Below, piece after piece: positions 24,883-39,000 of a DNA stretch of 64,000 bases. Position 1 is the stretch's first letter; each line of letters opens with the position of its first letter. A model generated the notes under the pieces. The model did not search any database and was not told the DNA's origin. It worked only from the letters and a program-made list of their open reading frames with translations. The DNA is taken from assembly GCF_018977255.1 (NCBI RefSeq), contig NW_024704742.1, positions 109,928,001 to 109,992,000 on the forward strand, in the 5' to 3' direction. The DNA comes from Callorhinchus milii (Eukaryota). The position numbers were made by a program, and so were the translations under genes.

Positions 24883-25559
24883 AAAATAATTCTCAGTGGA
24901 AGACAAATACTTCAAACAGCCTAGTGTAGCATTTCTTTCAATGCATGTATATTTTATGTTGACAGTAACTGTCCAAATGCACATTAAGCCTTAGTTTAGT
25001 GTTTTTATTTATTATGCTTAGCTGTTGTGGATGATTGATATCATGATGAAACAATGAATCATTAAAGAGTTAGATTCAGAGCTCAAGTTGTATTAGCTGG
25101 AGTTTAATTATATTGAAAACTTTGCTGGTAATCATAGATAGGTCAGAACTTTGAAGGTATTGCACAATGTGAATGTTTTTGACAGCTTCATAACTTTCGG
25201 AAATATAATTATAAGGGTAATAGAGCAGTAGTTGAATGGTAAGAGGATAGCATTTCTTAAGAATGGAATACATTTGAGCAAATTTCCATAAATAAGGAAT
25301 GGTAGATTAGGATAAGAAGACAGTAAAAGCTGAAGTTATAGTACAGGTTATGGGGAAATTTGGGGCACATCTCTCAAAGAATATGAGGCATATTATCAAA
25401 ACCAATGGTTTATTTTGAATCTATAGAATGGAGAATTTGATAGGCATGTTGAGGTAAAATTTGATGTTGGACAGTAGTGTAACAGCTGGAGTTAGGCTCT
25501 TTGTCGAGATGAGTCAGATCTCAACAAGGTGCGATTGACCTTTCTGAGATTATGAGATT

Positions 25560-25960
25560 CTAAATTGACAGTGAGAAGCTGCATGAAATGGTAGACTTCT
25601 AAAGGCCTTTGATAAAGTACCATACAAGAAACTCGTTTACGAAGTAATGTCAAGTGATCATCAAAGATCAGCTAGATGTAGATTAATAACTGGCTGAAGG
25701 GAGGAAAGCTGAAGGCAATCATAAGAGAACTAGTCAAAATGGGGTGAGAGATTGAGTATGGTCTAATCTTGGACCTCTCTTCTTCCAAGAATACACAAAT
25801 GGACTGGGTAAGTAAAAAAAAACACTGGTTCATTTTAGAGGGGGCTGGAATCCAAGAAATCAAGCAAGATCTTACAGCAAGAGTTCTCAAAATATGCCAC
25901 AAATTAACATCAGTACAGAAAGATGCAACAACTATATTTCATTTTAGGAATACAAATAGG
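25560..25960 (+). mobile_element. Old CR1 RT remnant
   Basis: GACTTCTAAAGGCCTTTGATAAAGTACCA (DF.KAFDKVP) and W.NNWL-like sequence. Confidence 0.5.
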
Positions 25961-25974
25961 AAACACTTATTGCA

Positions 25975-26185
25975 TTCAGAAGGGCAACTGAGTGAATCCC
26001 CTCAACTTTAGTGTTGAGGAAGTCCAGCATCTCCTCGCAGTTGGCGTTGGAGCAGAGGATGGGCGAGGCGTGAGACGGTGGGCGGAAGAGCCGGTTGGTG
26101 ATGGAGAAGAGGAGCCTAGGGTTGTTCTTGGCCTCCAAAATTGTCTTGGGGTAGAAGGACGATTTAGCGGAGATTCCATCTATCA
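25975..26185 (-). mobile_element. Internal L2 ORF2 fragment
   Basis: [32 protein letters not shown]...CEEMLDFL matches ~46160-46345 of the young L2. Confidence 0.85.
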
Positions 26186-27149
26186 CCTTGAACCAGAACT
26201 AAGAACCTTGTAAAGTTGTTTTTTGCAGTTTTTGTTGGGTGGGAATAGGAAATTGGGCACACCTGTCACAAAACGACAATGACTCGCTGCCTATATACTG
26301 CACTATACTGCATCCTGTATCGTTACTATTTAGCAGGGAACAAACCTCCTGACATAGTCAGGGGTCATTTCACTACAGCAATTGCTATGATATAGGCCAA
26401 CTTCAAACAGGTGGTTTTTCAGAATCCAAGGCAGTCTTTTGGAGAAATCCACACACTTCAATGAGCTTTATTGCTTGGCTTTGACTTTTAATTAGGATGC
26501 CCAGTACAGCAGAGTTGTGCTTGCCCCCGTAGTTAGCTCCCAGCTTTAGGAGGTTACATTGGGAGAGTGGCTTGAATCCCCACCGTGTACAGGAAATAGA
26601 ACCCTGAGGTCTCATTGCTTAACCTTATGTTACTTTCCCTCCTCTGGTCAAAAGAGCAGATGGCAGCCATTTGTGGAGCACTCTTGTATGAAGTGGTAAT
26701 AGAACATCATATGGGTTCTGGACAAAAAGTTCCCGGACAGGCATTATGCCATTTCACACTTGGATTGTATCTCTTACTATTTGTGGAAGATAACAATTCA
26801 AAGAATAAGAACTAAGAGGGAATAAAACATATTTTCTAAATCAACAAAACTGGAAGAACTGAGTGATTGGTTAGCACACTTCTGCAACTTTGTATCTAGA
26901 TCAGTTGTAGGGGTTGTAAATCTCCTCTCTGTTCTAAGCATATGTTTCTTACATTAAGTAAGTTTAGTTTGACACAACTTCTCTCCCCCATTCCCCACTG
27001 TCCACAAGTTGACAATAATTGTAACATAACTTAGAATGTATGGTTTCTATTTATGTAACGAAATGATCTATTTTGATTCTAGCATTAAGGCGATATAATA
27101 CCTAACACCATTAAAACATCCCAGAGTGAATGCTTCTGAGTGATGATTT

Positions 27150-27587
27150 ATAATAATACTTAGATTTGATATAGCACCTTTCATGTCAGGAGGATGCCTC
27201 AAAGCACTTTACAGGATATACTGTAAAGTGGAGTGACTATATTTTCTAGGCAAAACTTGGCAGCTAATTTGTGCACTATCCCACAAATAACTGTAAAATA
27301 AATGACCCATTTTATTTGGGGGAATGTTGGCCCGGACTGGAGAAATTCCCTTCTCTTTTTAAATGTGCAATAGGATCTTTAATGTCTATCTGAATAGGCA
27401 GATGGGACTTGGTTTGACATCTCAATTGAAAGACAGCAGGTCCAACAATGCAGGACTCTCCTCATCTCCAGCACTACACCAGAGTGTCCACCTAGACTGC
27501 ATGAGTTCAAAGTACTGACATGGGATTTGAACCCACAAACCTTCTGATTCAGACATGACATTGCTACCAACTGAGTTATGCTGACAC
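27150..27587 (-). mobile_element. Older Deu-type (SacSINE1-like) SINE
   Basis: Minus strand: GTGTCAGCATAACTCAGTTGGTAGCAATGTCATGTCTGAATCAGAAGGTTTGTGGGTTCAAATCCC head, body, and GGTGCTATATCAAATC tail. Confidence 0.75.
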
Positions 27588-28404
27588 ACTATTTCTTCAA
27601 GTGGGAGTGATGACAAATTGGGTGTAAGTTGCGTCTGTGTTGAAGCTGAAGAGCACCCCAAAAGTAGCAAACTTCCAGGTTGTTAGATTGACTTTGTGCT
27701 CTATGGGCACCAGAAGTGTACTTCCAGTAACCAGTCCAATATAGAGCACTGGCAGTAACAGTATACCCACCTCTAATAAAGCCGATAACAGGGTTGCTCT
27801 ATGGTGTTTCCAAGTATGTAAGTGCTCCAACCTATTAGATGTCCTGGAAACATTATTGCTAGACAAATCAGACCTTTTTAAAAGTAAAAGACAATGATGT
27901 GGTTAAATTTAAATCTAAATTGTTAGCAAGGGAGGTTAAAATACTAATCAAACCTTTAAATATTAAATACTCCTCCATAAAACCCAACAGGTCAGCATTT
28001 AGAGAAAATGTTTGCGCTTTACTGAAATTAGCTGTTTGCTTCTATGCATAGTATCACATATATCTCGCTATGATACTGTCTGATGAGCGAATTTCGATCC
28101 TTGTTATAAATTGATCAAGATCCTTGTTTTTATTTATGAAGTAGTACTGAATAACGAATAATAGCAGCATACAACATTGAAGAGTTGAATTAAACATGAA
28201 CCCAGATGGTAAAATATATTTGTTAAATTGTATGTTGATTAATAACATTAATCCTATAATTTAATTTATAGAGGTGTATCTCAGAATAAGAAACGGCAAT
28301 ATGACCAGGATCCCAGCTTCAGTTTATAATTGTACTTACGCTTCCACTGGACCTCAAGTTGTTGATCTTAACAAGATCCCATCAAGTTCAGCAGTAAATC
28401 ATAG

Positions 28405-28880
28405 ATTTATACAAACTATACCTTAGGAGGAGGCCATTTGATCCATCAAGCTTAAAATGATGCAAGTTCATCTACTGGAGCCAACTATTTTATTCCCAGT
28501 TCCTTTATCTTTCTCCTTTCTCTTGCTCATCAGATTTTTCCCTTGGCTTTTTATATTCTTGCACATCATATGTTTTTCCAAACACTTAAATGAAATATTC
28601 CCTGCCTCACTTACCATTTGTGGCAAAGCATTCTACATTCTAATTACACTCTGTGCGAAAAAACTTTCTTCGAATTCCCCCTGTAACAATCCTGAACTTC
28701 TGCTCCTTGTTACTGATTTACCAAGGAATCGGATTAATCTTCCCCTCCATCATTCTCTCAAAGTCTTTCTCTTTTAGATCCACTCATAAACCTCTCTGTT
28801 CAGAGTGGAAACTGAACTATTTTTTGATCTTAAGCTCATATCTATAACCCCTCATCCCTGGTGTCACTCTGTGAAGGTTG
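28405..28880 (-). mobile_element. Old CR1 3' remnant
   Basis: GGAGGCCATTTGATCCATCAAG and TGGCAAAGCATTCTACATTCTAATTACACTCTGTGCGAAAAAAC resemble an antisense CR1 3' end. Confidence 0.5.
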
Positions 28881-31669
28881 TCAGCCAGTGAAAGAGGAAA
28901 ATGAACACTTGTTCTTCTTCAGCTCTTAATATAGTCAAGACTAGTTGCCACAGATTAGGAATATTAGAGACTACATATGTTGCCTGTGATCCATTCCCAA
29001 ATAAAAAAATAAATACTGTAAGACTAGAAAAGGTAAAATTGAAAGCTGAAAACAAAGGCAAAGTTTATAATATAAAGAGATAATACAAAGAAGTACAATA
29101 TATTGACATAATTCTTATCTATGGTGCCCTGCACAAAAGCTTGGGAGTTTTAAATGGTTGTGGATGGTTGTTTGATTGAGAAAATTATTTGCTAAAATAT
29201 TAATGGATACTTTATTGTAAACATTATTTCCTTAAGGAATAATTTGTATTATGTTTCAGCAAATATACACATAAGTCCATATAGATAATGGAATACTGCA
29301 CAGTTATACAGGTATTTCAGTATCGCTGAATATGAAAATACCTTAACAGATTCAATAATGCTTTGAAAGTTACATAAATTGCTGCAGTGTCAGTGTTTTG
29401 CTTAAAATAGTTCATATAAAAATCTGGCAATCTGTAGCATATAATGTTTCATTCTCAAAGAAAAATCTATAATTTTAATTATAGTCCATACAATTCCTTC
29501 TACATTTGGAAGTTTTTTTAAAAAAACTTGTATTTAAAAGCTATTTGAATTCTGTTATTGCTGCTCACAAACATTCAAGTCAATGAGAACACTCATGGCT
29601 CACTTGATCAATATTTTTAATAAATTTGTGGAGTGAAGCTGCACAGTTTTGGCTAATAGATCACACATATATTGATTTCCATGAAAATGTTGGTAAGATA
29701 TTGTAATAATTAAAAAAGTCAGCATTGGTTTTGGACTTGGGAGGGGGAGTTAAAAAATTGGTTATTGACTGAATTGCTGGGGGTGAGTGAACCTTGGGGG
29801 CTTTGCAATAAACTTGTTACACTTAGTCATTATAAAATAATGCCTTAGTCCATGCAACCCATGGTCTGTCAATAACCTATTAAAACAATGCAAATTTTGA
29901 CCCCAAAGAATATCTATGGCAAATTCAACAAATGCATTATCATAGCTAAACAAAGAATGTGTACAGAAATGATTCCTGAATACTGAGGTGATGTGTGGAA
30001 GTACGCTAAATAAGCATCACGTTAGGATCCAGAGTCTCATGGGGCCTTTTGTCAAGCAGCATTTGGAGGAATAAAAAATCTAAAACTAGAAAACTATTTT
30101 ATTTGTTTGTCTTCTTCCTTAATACACTGTAATATTTTATACTGTTGGTTATCTCTTTTATTTACGCACTGCTATATTCTTATACCCTAGCAGTGTGCTG
30201 ATCTCTATTTCATCTTGGCTCTAAATCACTTTTTATTTCATCCTTCACTCTGTCTGGCTCTTTATCATTTAGTTATATTCTACTTTCTCATTTCCAGCTG
30301 CATCGTGCTCTATTCCAATCACAATTTCATATCTTGCCTCTGACCTGCTCCACAATTCTTTTCTCAGCACTGCTTTGCTACTTTTGACTCCAGTTGTTCT
30401 CTTTATGTATGTGTTTTTTTCTCTCCTTTTCTGTCACCTGCGTTTTGTTTTGCTTCCTGCGTGTTCAATTCTTTCCTCTCGCAATTATGCCCAGTTTCCG
30501 ACTTCATGTCCCAGTTCTTCCCTACTCGCCTTTTTTTCCACTGTATGTTTAAGCTGGGCCTTTACTTTTTGTTTTCACATCACGAGGCTCTCTGGCTTTC
30601 CTGCCCTAGTCCTGCTTTTGGATTTAATTCTTGACTTTGTTCTGCTCTCTTTCATCTGCTGTCTATTTCACTAAGAACTGTGGTCGTGCACTGGTGGTAG
30701 TCATAATGTAATTGATCAATAACAGACACCCATGTGTATTCTACCAGGGCTTTGAGGATAGTCAGATTGACTACCTGCCCACAATTCCCAACACATGGAA
30801 ACCCATTACTGCTGTTCAATTATATCCTTTTGAATCTTTGAAAAATAACCTATTTCTTTTATGCAGAAATTTTCTGAGTTTCCTTCTATGGATGAGTAGC
30901 ATTGCCACTTTAGCTAGTTAAAACGTGATTTTCTGGGTGTGAATAAAGCTTCAAGTAATCTGACAACTCTCAGACAGAAGTGTTCTTTAGATTGAAACAA
31001 TTATCTATTTGTGGATAGAGGGTACTGGTTTTTGACATACATTTACAATATTAGAAATGGGTTTAGAAATGTAGCATCAAAGGACTCGTTGCGGCCAGCC
31101 TGGGGGTGTGTGTTTAGATTCACTTAAAACACACCACCTTTTAGCTTCCTATCACTTAAGTCACCTGCATATATGTCGTTCAGAGCTGGCTGTAATGAGC
31201 TGGACTTGTCTAAGGCAGCAAGAAGGTAGCAACAACATAATTTTTCCAATTGTACCAGCCATCATTCATCCAGAAGATGAACGGGAGGTTAAGGAAAAAT
31301 CTGATTGCTACACATTGCAGTCGGAAAAATCTAATGCCAAAGTGAAAAATGTCACACTAGGCTAGCTGATTTCAAGTATAAATCAACACCCATTTTGGGT
31401 AGGCTAGATGAATAGCCTACTCCAGATAATTAATTCAATTTGGATAGCATTTTAGTTTGAGTGTCATTAGATTATTTGGAGGATTACCAGGAAGTTTCCA
31501 AGTGTCTTTTTAACCGTGTTTTCAGAAACCTTCTCTTTCTCCCCCTTACCTCCCTCCCCCCACTCCCCCTTCAGCCGTGTGAAGCATTTGGAGACATCCT
31601 GCCAATGTGAAAGGCCATATATAAATCTAGGTAAATGTAAATTGTTGTTTTCTTGACCCAAGACAAAAT

Positions 31670-32110
31670 TGCCATTTGATATTAACGACCTCAATGAACA
31701 TGCATCGCAGTACAAACCTGGCAAAATTGACGAGTGTCGGCATGGATTACAAAATACATTGTTGGATATAGTGGCTCCAGCCTTGTTTAGACTCATCTGT
31801 ATAATTAATGTAGCCTGTTGTTTGTCTTCTTTTTCTCTGACCAATTTTTCTCCCATTTATCTCTCCTCTTCTGAAGGGGAGACTCTGTTATCTCGCCCAA
31901 GTGTACTTTAAAAAACAAAGGAGAGATTAAGAGAATTTTGTTTAAACGGAAGTTTATTAAGGCAAAGAATGGTTATCAAAAGTGGTGGTTGAAGTTAAAA
32001 ATGGTGGTATTAGAATCCATAATATCTTTAAAAAGGGAATGAGTCAGATATTTGAAAAGGAAATATATAAAATGGCATGACTGAATCTCTTACAAACAGT
32101 TAGCACAAGC
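31670..32110 (+). mobile_element. Very degraded CR1 remnant
   Basis: INDL-like codons, followed by CR1 3'-end-like TTTAAAAAGGGAATGAGTCAGATATTTGAAAAGG. Confidence 0.35.
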
Positions 32111-32184
32111 AAGAAAAAAATTCTAAATTTCTATGATTTATTTAACTTTGGTAATCAATATTTGAAGTATTTTCTGCTTCGGAT

Positions 32185-32310
32185 CGAGAGGAGACTCATA
32201 GCCAAACCTGATCCTATCCTCACCTAATACCTCACGTGCACACCTCCAGTAGGGGTCACTGGATAAAAATTAGGAGTAGTATGAACCCTACCTTAATTGT
32301 TCCCTTCCCT
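32185..32310 (-). mobile_element. Fragment of the ancient SINE family seen at 16090-16326
   Basis: CCTGATCCTATCCTCACC...GTGCACACCTCCAGTAGGGGTCACTGGATA is similar to 16120-16175. Confidence 0.45.
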
Positions 32311-32809
32311 AAGTAAAGTTTTCTGTTTAATTTTGGGAGAGGAATGAAAGAGGAAGAACTAGCAGAATGTGCAACCATATTTGATACACCTTGTTAGCAT
32401 GACACTGAACATATTGACAGTCCAGCCATGTCAAGTTCACTGTTCAGACCACATCAAGTCTAGGCTAAAGCATGATAGTCAGAGAGAATGGCCAGAGCTC
32501 CAAAGAGGAAGAATTCATAAGAGCCATCAATTTGCCATTCTAGCAAATATAGAATAATGTATTAATTATATTTTCATATTTAATGATTAGTATGTTGGAA
32601 ATCAATATGCACATTACAATTTGTAGAAACCCCCTGATATCTATTTGTGAAAAAAAATGATATCTAAATTTATAGATAAATCAGTCGATTGATAAATAGT
32701 CATTTTGTTAATATTGTATAAATGTTATACACAAGATAAAATAAATTTGCCATATCTAGTAGATAGCTTTACGTAAAATGAGATCTAACTTGTATTAAGT
32801 GTAAATAAT

Positions 32810-33130
32810 TATAATAATAATAATTCAAGTTAATATTGGGTTAAAATTTTGGTGTTCTGATGTCTTAAATATCTCAAAGCGCTTCATTGGATTTTACTAT
32901 GAAGTGTAGTGACTATTTATTTGCAGGCAAACGTGTAAGCTCACACAAACAGCCAACAATAACTAACAACTAATTTTATCTGAGAGGTTGTTTGCCAGGA
33001 CACTGGGAAAACCTTTTCTTTATCCCTTCCCTTTTTAAATAGTGTAATGGGTGTTTCACGTCCACCTGAATAGACAGACAATTTTAATGTCTCATACAAA
33101 GGACTTTTTTTTGCACTGGACTGTCAGCCG
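32810..33130 (-). mobile_element. Degraded Deu-type SINE
   Basis: (AAT)n, TCTCAAAGCGCTTCA, GCCAGGACACTGGGAAAAC and TTTCACGTCCACCTGAA are remnants of the older SINE body. Confidence 0.55.
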
Positions 33131-34665
33131 AGATTATTATAACTACAGTGCTAACAATAATAATAACTCAGTAAAAAGTATTTCATTTTCAGTAAGTGGA
33201 AAACTCTGTATTTCCAATGGGAGAAGACAACATAATTCCTCCCCTGTTCCACTAAGTCCAGTGTCATTATCTATTTGGCAGGTGTAATGACTGCAGTTAG
33301 CAAGAAAAAAGAAGAATTGGTGGTAGAAACAAAAAAATACAAAGTCCAATAAATTTCTTCTGTTTCCATTTAGATTGTCAAGAGATAATTTGTATCTAGC
33401 CTGCAAGGTGCCAGACCTACAAGTGACAGTGGATGGTGAAAGTGGTGAAGTGTTTGTTGGAACTGAAACCTCACCTGTAGGCGCACAAACGCCTATTCAC
33501 TTGCGTTCAAAAAGAATGTTTTTAAAAAAAAAGATGTGGAGAAAATATAATGTATGAGTGTTTGACACCGACTTATCTTATTTCAGTTTTGTGCAGTTTG
33601 GAACCACTGGATTTGTATAAAATATACAAGTGTTCTAACTTCTAGATTGCAACTGTTGTTCGAGGCTGTGCACCAAAGTAACAATTTGTAAAAGAAAAAG
33701 AAGTGCTGACAGATTAAATTTTAAAGTGATTAAAGGATTATAAAATTTAAAGGATTTATTTAAAAAGGAGAATAACAATTGATAAAATGTTTGCTGACAT
33801 TTATAGGAGGGTCTGAGAATGTATTTTCATTGCTTGCTCTTGTGCAAGAAGAGTAAAATATAAACAAAAAAGCTAAATCAAAGAAATTGGGATTTTAACT
33901 GTCTCCTTCACAAGACACGCTCATTCTATATATTTATATAGTAAAATAGCATTTTTTTGCAGTCTTTCAGTAAAAAATCTTTGTAGTCCCTTATCATTAA
34001 CCTGGTGCTCATTACTGATGTAGCAGCCAAAGTGTAAACAGAATTGACACAGCACATAGCAAAACAGGTTTGATTTGCTAAGTGCACAGCATTCTAAAGT
34101 ACACAAATTTGTTCCACCAAGCTTTTCGACGGTTTGCAGATGGGCAATGATTAATCAGAAAGCTAACTGTGAAGTAGTTTGCTATTAAAGTGGAAAGCTC
34201 TGGAGCATACTAATTGAATCAGAAAATTAGAGACACTGAACAGTAATTGCCTATTTTTCATGCAGCAGGTGCCAAGCTGCTCATCTGTAGAACTAGGTAT
34301 TTAGGTACATTAGTAATAAGAAAAAGAAAAATAGCAAAGTTCTGAGATCTAAAGCAGTTGTTACTTAAAAATATAAAATAAACAGGCTTATTAAGAATTC
34401 TATGCCTTTAAAATGTTGCAATACTTCTAACACTCTCATGGTAAGACTGTTGTTGTAAAAGTCTTTTTTCAGATATAGAACGTTCTCCTGTTTATAAGAC
34501 CTTACAAAAGTTGATCTTAGAATTAAGTGGACTTATCAGAGGTTGTATTGAGAGATATTTATCCAATAAAATATATACAGTATCAGAAATATGTTAAATT
34601 GATTTTTTGTGGTTTCTTAGTTGTTGATGGAAAGTTAAGGTTAGTTGATTTCTTTTTAAATGTAG

Positions 34666-34696
34666 GGAATATTGTCCCTCTGCATCTAGACTACTG
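34666..34696 (+). CDS. Candidate 31-nt microexon
   Basis: Acceptor ttctttttaaatgtag and donor CTG|gtgagc. Open in two frames (EYCPSASRLL or NIVPLHLDY). Confidence 0.2.
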
Positions 34697-35010
34697 GTGA
34701 GCCAACTCTAGTTGAAATCGTGTCACTTTTAATGATATCCAGAGATATGTTTTATAGGCATCAGTTAATGAAGGAAAATGTGCGCAGTGGCTTTTCTTTT
34801 CTGGACTATAATACCAATCACATGACGTTGTTTTCTCTTTCCTAACAAGAGTCTTAATAATTATCTATCAGTTGCATACATTTGGAAAAACGTTTCTACC
34901 AGAGGAAAACAACTGTAAGCAAAGACTTCAGCTTGATATGTTAGTGTTTATACTGTATTTGTGTTGCTTAGCAATTAAATACTGAATAACCTTCATAGTT
35001 TACTATATAT

Positions 35011-35107
35011 TTTCACCCACAAAACATACAGTCTATCCTGTGAAGCGCTTTGAGACATCTCAATGATGTGATAAGACTCTATATCAAATGCAAGGATTAT
35101 TATTATT
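35011..35107 (+). mobile_element. SINE 3' tail fragment
   Basis: GTGAAGCGCTTTGAGACATCTC...ATATCAAATGCAAGG(ATT)n. Confidence 0.8.
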
Positions 35108-35876
35108 AATAATTATTATTTATATATTCATAATGAAATGTCTAAAAACTATTTGATAAAATTAACAATGAAATGTGCATGATGGATTGTATCACTGACA
35201 ATATTTCATGTATTTAATTTAAACCATTGAAAATTGAATGTCTATTCCAGCGTTAAAAATACGCACATTTTCTATCATATACCATTTGCGGGAAAACATT
35301 TCTATAAATATTTACTGCTGCTGGAACTACAAAAAATGGAGAAATGGATAGATACTGCATTTATTTATCTGTCCACTGATTTCTCACAATCCAGCTTTTT
35401 ATTTGCGGGCTTTTTATTTGTGGTTTTTTTTGGTTTCATTGCAAGTTTGTTCAGCTCACAAAGGGTTAACGTGGTGCAGCATGCTGCTATGTAGCCTGCC
35501 TGCTGTAGGTAACACATCAAAGCTGTGCCTGCAGCTGAACATACAAGTGGTCTACCATTCTGAGGACAAGCTACAAAATACAAGGAGGATAGATGGGTCT
35601 CATATTTGTAGTACCAAAAAGGACATTAAGAGCTCGTTTTCTTTAGGTGATAAGATGAATTTTGAATTTTGAGTAGTTCCAAAGTGGTGATGTCTGTTAG
35701 TGTGCTTATGTCCTTAGGTGGTGATATAGTTCAGCATTAGACTACGTTACAGTTTGACAACAGAAGGAATTTTGTCTAAGAAATAGACTGTAGCAGTTAT
35801 ATTTTTTAAGATACATCCTTTTGGGCATGTCAGACTCTTTAAATATAGTTATCACATAGAAAAGCAGCTTGATTGC

Positions 35877-36029
35877 TATCACAGAAAGAAATAAAGAATA
35901 ATAGATGATGGCAATGTGATATTGATTTTTCACTTCATGAGTGAGTTATATAGGTTTTACTCATGAGTGAAGTAAAAATCAATGTAACACTTGCTATCAT
36001 CTATAGTTCTATTTATTAAATATGTGATA
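35877..36029. repeat. ~150-bp imperfect palindrome
   Basis: TAGATGATGGCAA/TTGCTATCATCTA, ATTGATTTTT/AAAAATCAAT and TCATGAGT/ACTCATGA pair around a ~15-nt spacer. Confidence 0.8.
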
Positions 36030-39000
36030 AATTGTCACATATTCACAAACTTTATTTTTGAATCAGCAAACAAACAATGTGAGATTGTAATGCTGCCAAA
36101 ATGAAAGTATTGAAGGTGTCTACTTCCATTTATTTCTGTTGGTATATAATATCACACCAGTAACATGCTTGCAGTAACTTCCTAACACTAATGTGAATGA
36201 TCAATTGCTCAAAATCCCACAGGCTCTGTTGAGTTATGATGAGCAAATCACATGAATAAAAGAATATTAGCAAGAGACAGTTAGTTGAGTGATATTCTAT
36301 ATATTTTGTGCTATTAGTTTTTAAATGTTTTGTGCAATGAAATACTTTTAATTCCACTCCAGGTGAGCTACAGTATAATGTTCTAGACAGTGAAATAAAC
36401 TTGTCAAACTGTGCAATACATTGGAATACAGACGAGGCATAGAATTTCCTTGGAATCAACTCCAGATTATTTCTTCATAAATTGCAGTATGACAGTCATG
36501 AAGTTACACTGAACACTACGTGCATAAAGAACTTCAAGCATATTCACAGCTGGAATGCTCATCATATTAATGGTGGTGGTTAAAAAGGACTAAAATATGT
36601 ACCTGTAAAACCGGCACACAAATGACAGTAAATGTTGCAAAAAGAAAAACAGATACCAAGGAATCGATCAAAGCTGATTTAGGGATTCGGAAAACAAACA
36701 ATTGTATATTATCTGACCCATGAATTAGATCACTTTCTTGTAACTCACTCCTGGACTTCTGTTATTCTTTGTAGAGCTGTCTTAATTATGTAATCAAATT
36801 AATGTCATGTTCTAATGTAAGGCAAGAATATGTTACGTTTTGAGTTTTGTGGGTACTTACCTAGCTAAAGCTGATGACATTCCCACTCTCCTGGAGAGTG
36901 GGTGCAAGTGTAAAGAAAACTCCAAAGAACTTTGTCACAAAGCAGCTTTTGGTGTGAGAGTTCAGAGTTCCCACTTACCCGCTGTCTCAGTTGGATGCAC
37001 ACAACAGTAGATCTGAGAGGCTACGAGAAAGGGGAGGACTAGAATAGAAGGAGTAAGTACAAACTTGAAGTCACAAGCATATAATAATGAACATATATAG
37101 ACATTTGCTATGGTAATCTGAATAACTGGTCACATAGAGAATGCATACCACCAAAAGCTCAGCAGAATGAAAGATGTTCTTGTGGTGTTCTTGTGGGTTT
37201 ATTATGCGGAGAATGTGTACAGTCTTCTATCCCTGAAGACAAAGAGATTTGTCCTTGGCTCATCTTAAGATTGAGGAATGAATAGCTCAGTCAGACCTCA
37301 CAGTCTTTAAAAAGCCACCGATTTCCATGGGGCACCAATCAGTGGGTGTTTCTGCCTCTTAAACCATAGTTTCAAATTCTTGAGAAAGGTTTGAGAATCA
37401 TACTACTTATGAATGCACTAGTTTAGATTTCTTTTAGAATCATTCAAAGATACAGATGTTTGATACAAGAAATTTAAATCATTATTCTTTTTATGTAGTT
37501 TTATCACGGCAATAGTTTTGATAACTACTAAATACAGAAATTATTTGTTTTAAATCAATGGACTGTAGGATTCTTCTCCACAGTAAATTCACTTGCCTTT
37601 GTAAAAGTAATAAGAGATCCTATTTAGTTTTGACTAATTTCACAATTTCAGAATGGAATGTCAGTGGATGATTTATCATGCAGAGTGAGCCTAATGTATG
37701 CGCTTTGACATCTGGAAGCTGTGGAGAATGGCCATGTTTCTCTCAAAACTTTCTGTTTTTCATTTGCTTTTCCCATTTTTTTTCCCATTTTTAATCTATT
37801 ATTTTGACACTGTTAAATTAAGAGTTACCAGAGGGGTTCTTGATTCTGTTGTGTGGGAGCTTAAGAATCCCAAATATATTGCCTCTTGCTCTCTCTATAA
37901 ATATCTTATCTAAATATATGACTATATATACATATGGTTGTGTTCTATTGTATATAACAGTATTGGCTTCTTTCAACAAACCTACCAAAACATTTTAAGC
38001 AGAATGTCCAATATTTCTTGTTTATTTATTAGTTTATTTTTTGCATGGAATTTGTGTTACATATTTAGTGTCTATGAAGGAACTAAATTAGTCTGGATAT
38101 TTGGGTGAAGTAATGTCAATAGGATGAACATGATGGCACTCCACTGAGATGCCACTTTTGCATGGTGCTTTGGTGCCTCTTAACTAACAGTAAGAAGCTT
38201 GTAATTTTTCACTGTTGCTTTTAAGTTATGCATGTATATCAGACCTCTGAAACTATAGATAAAGTACTCTTGTCAGGAATACAATAAATACTAAGAGAAA
38301 GATTTAGTTACATGCAGCCTATTGTAGTTGCAACATGAAAGCTAAAGGTTTTTAGCTGTTCTGTGGAGAATGACCTGCCTTTCATCGTCAACTGTCAAGG
38401 CTGTCAGTAGTTGGTCATTCACAATCTCAGTCATTTGCACTTTGATAATACGATCATCGTATCATTGAGAAAGTGGTGAACTGATGTTTTAATCCTTATG
38501 TCCAGATTTCAGAGACTAGGAACACATGATTGGTTGATGGTATAAAAACAAATAAAGAATATATTTACATCTGTTGAGAGCATATTTATAATCTGTTTTA
38601 CCATCAATTGAATATCAGGTGCTGAACAAAGCATTATTTAGCTTACATACTCTCTGTAGTAAGCAGCATCCTGCTTAAACAGCAGTGAAAGACAAAGCAT
38701 GTTACATTAGGTATTTTATCATGTCAGTGTTTATTTTAGCAGTTCACTTGCTCTCATTCGAAAATAATCAATGGTGTGGCAATAAACCCTTATACTGTAT
38801 ATGCACACTTTCACACTCATTAATGTCATTTAATCCCATTAACAAAACATATGTGGTAATACACATGGATTAAGTGGCTTTGATATAAGATTGCATCTTT
38901 GCAGCTGTAGGTCGCATTTCAATCTAAAATTAATATTATTTACAACAGTACTAGGCAGTATATTTTAAATAGAGCAAAGGAAAGATGACACAATTGAAGA

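Noticed and set aside
30140..30680. Hydrophobic 99-aa ORF in a pyrimidine-rich tract
   Set aside because: T/C compositional bias explains the Phe/Leu/Ser content, and the opposite strand has stops.
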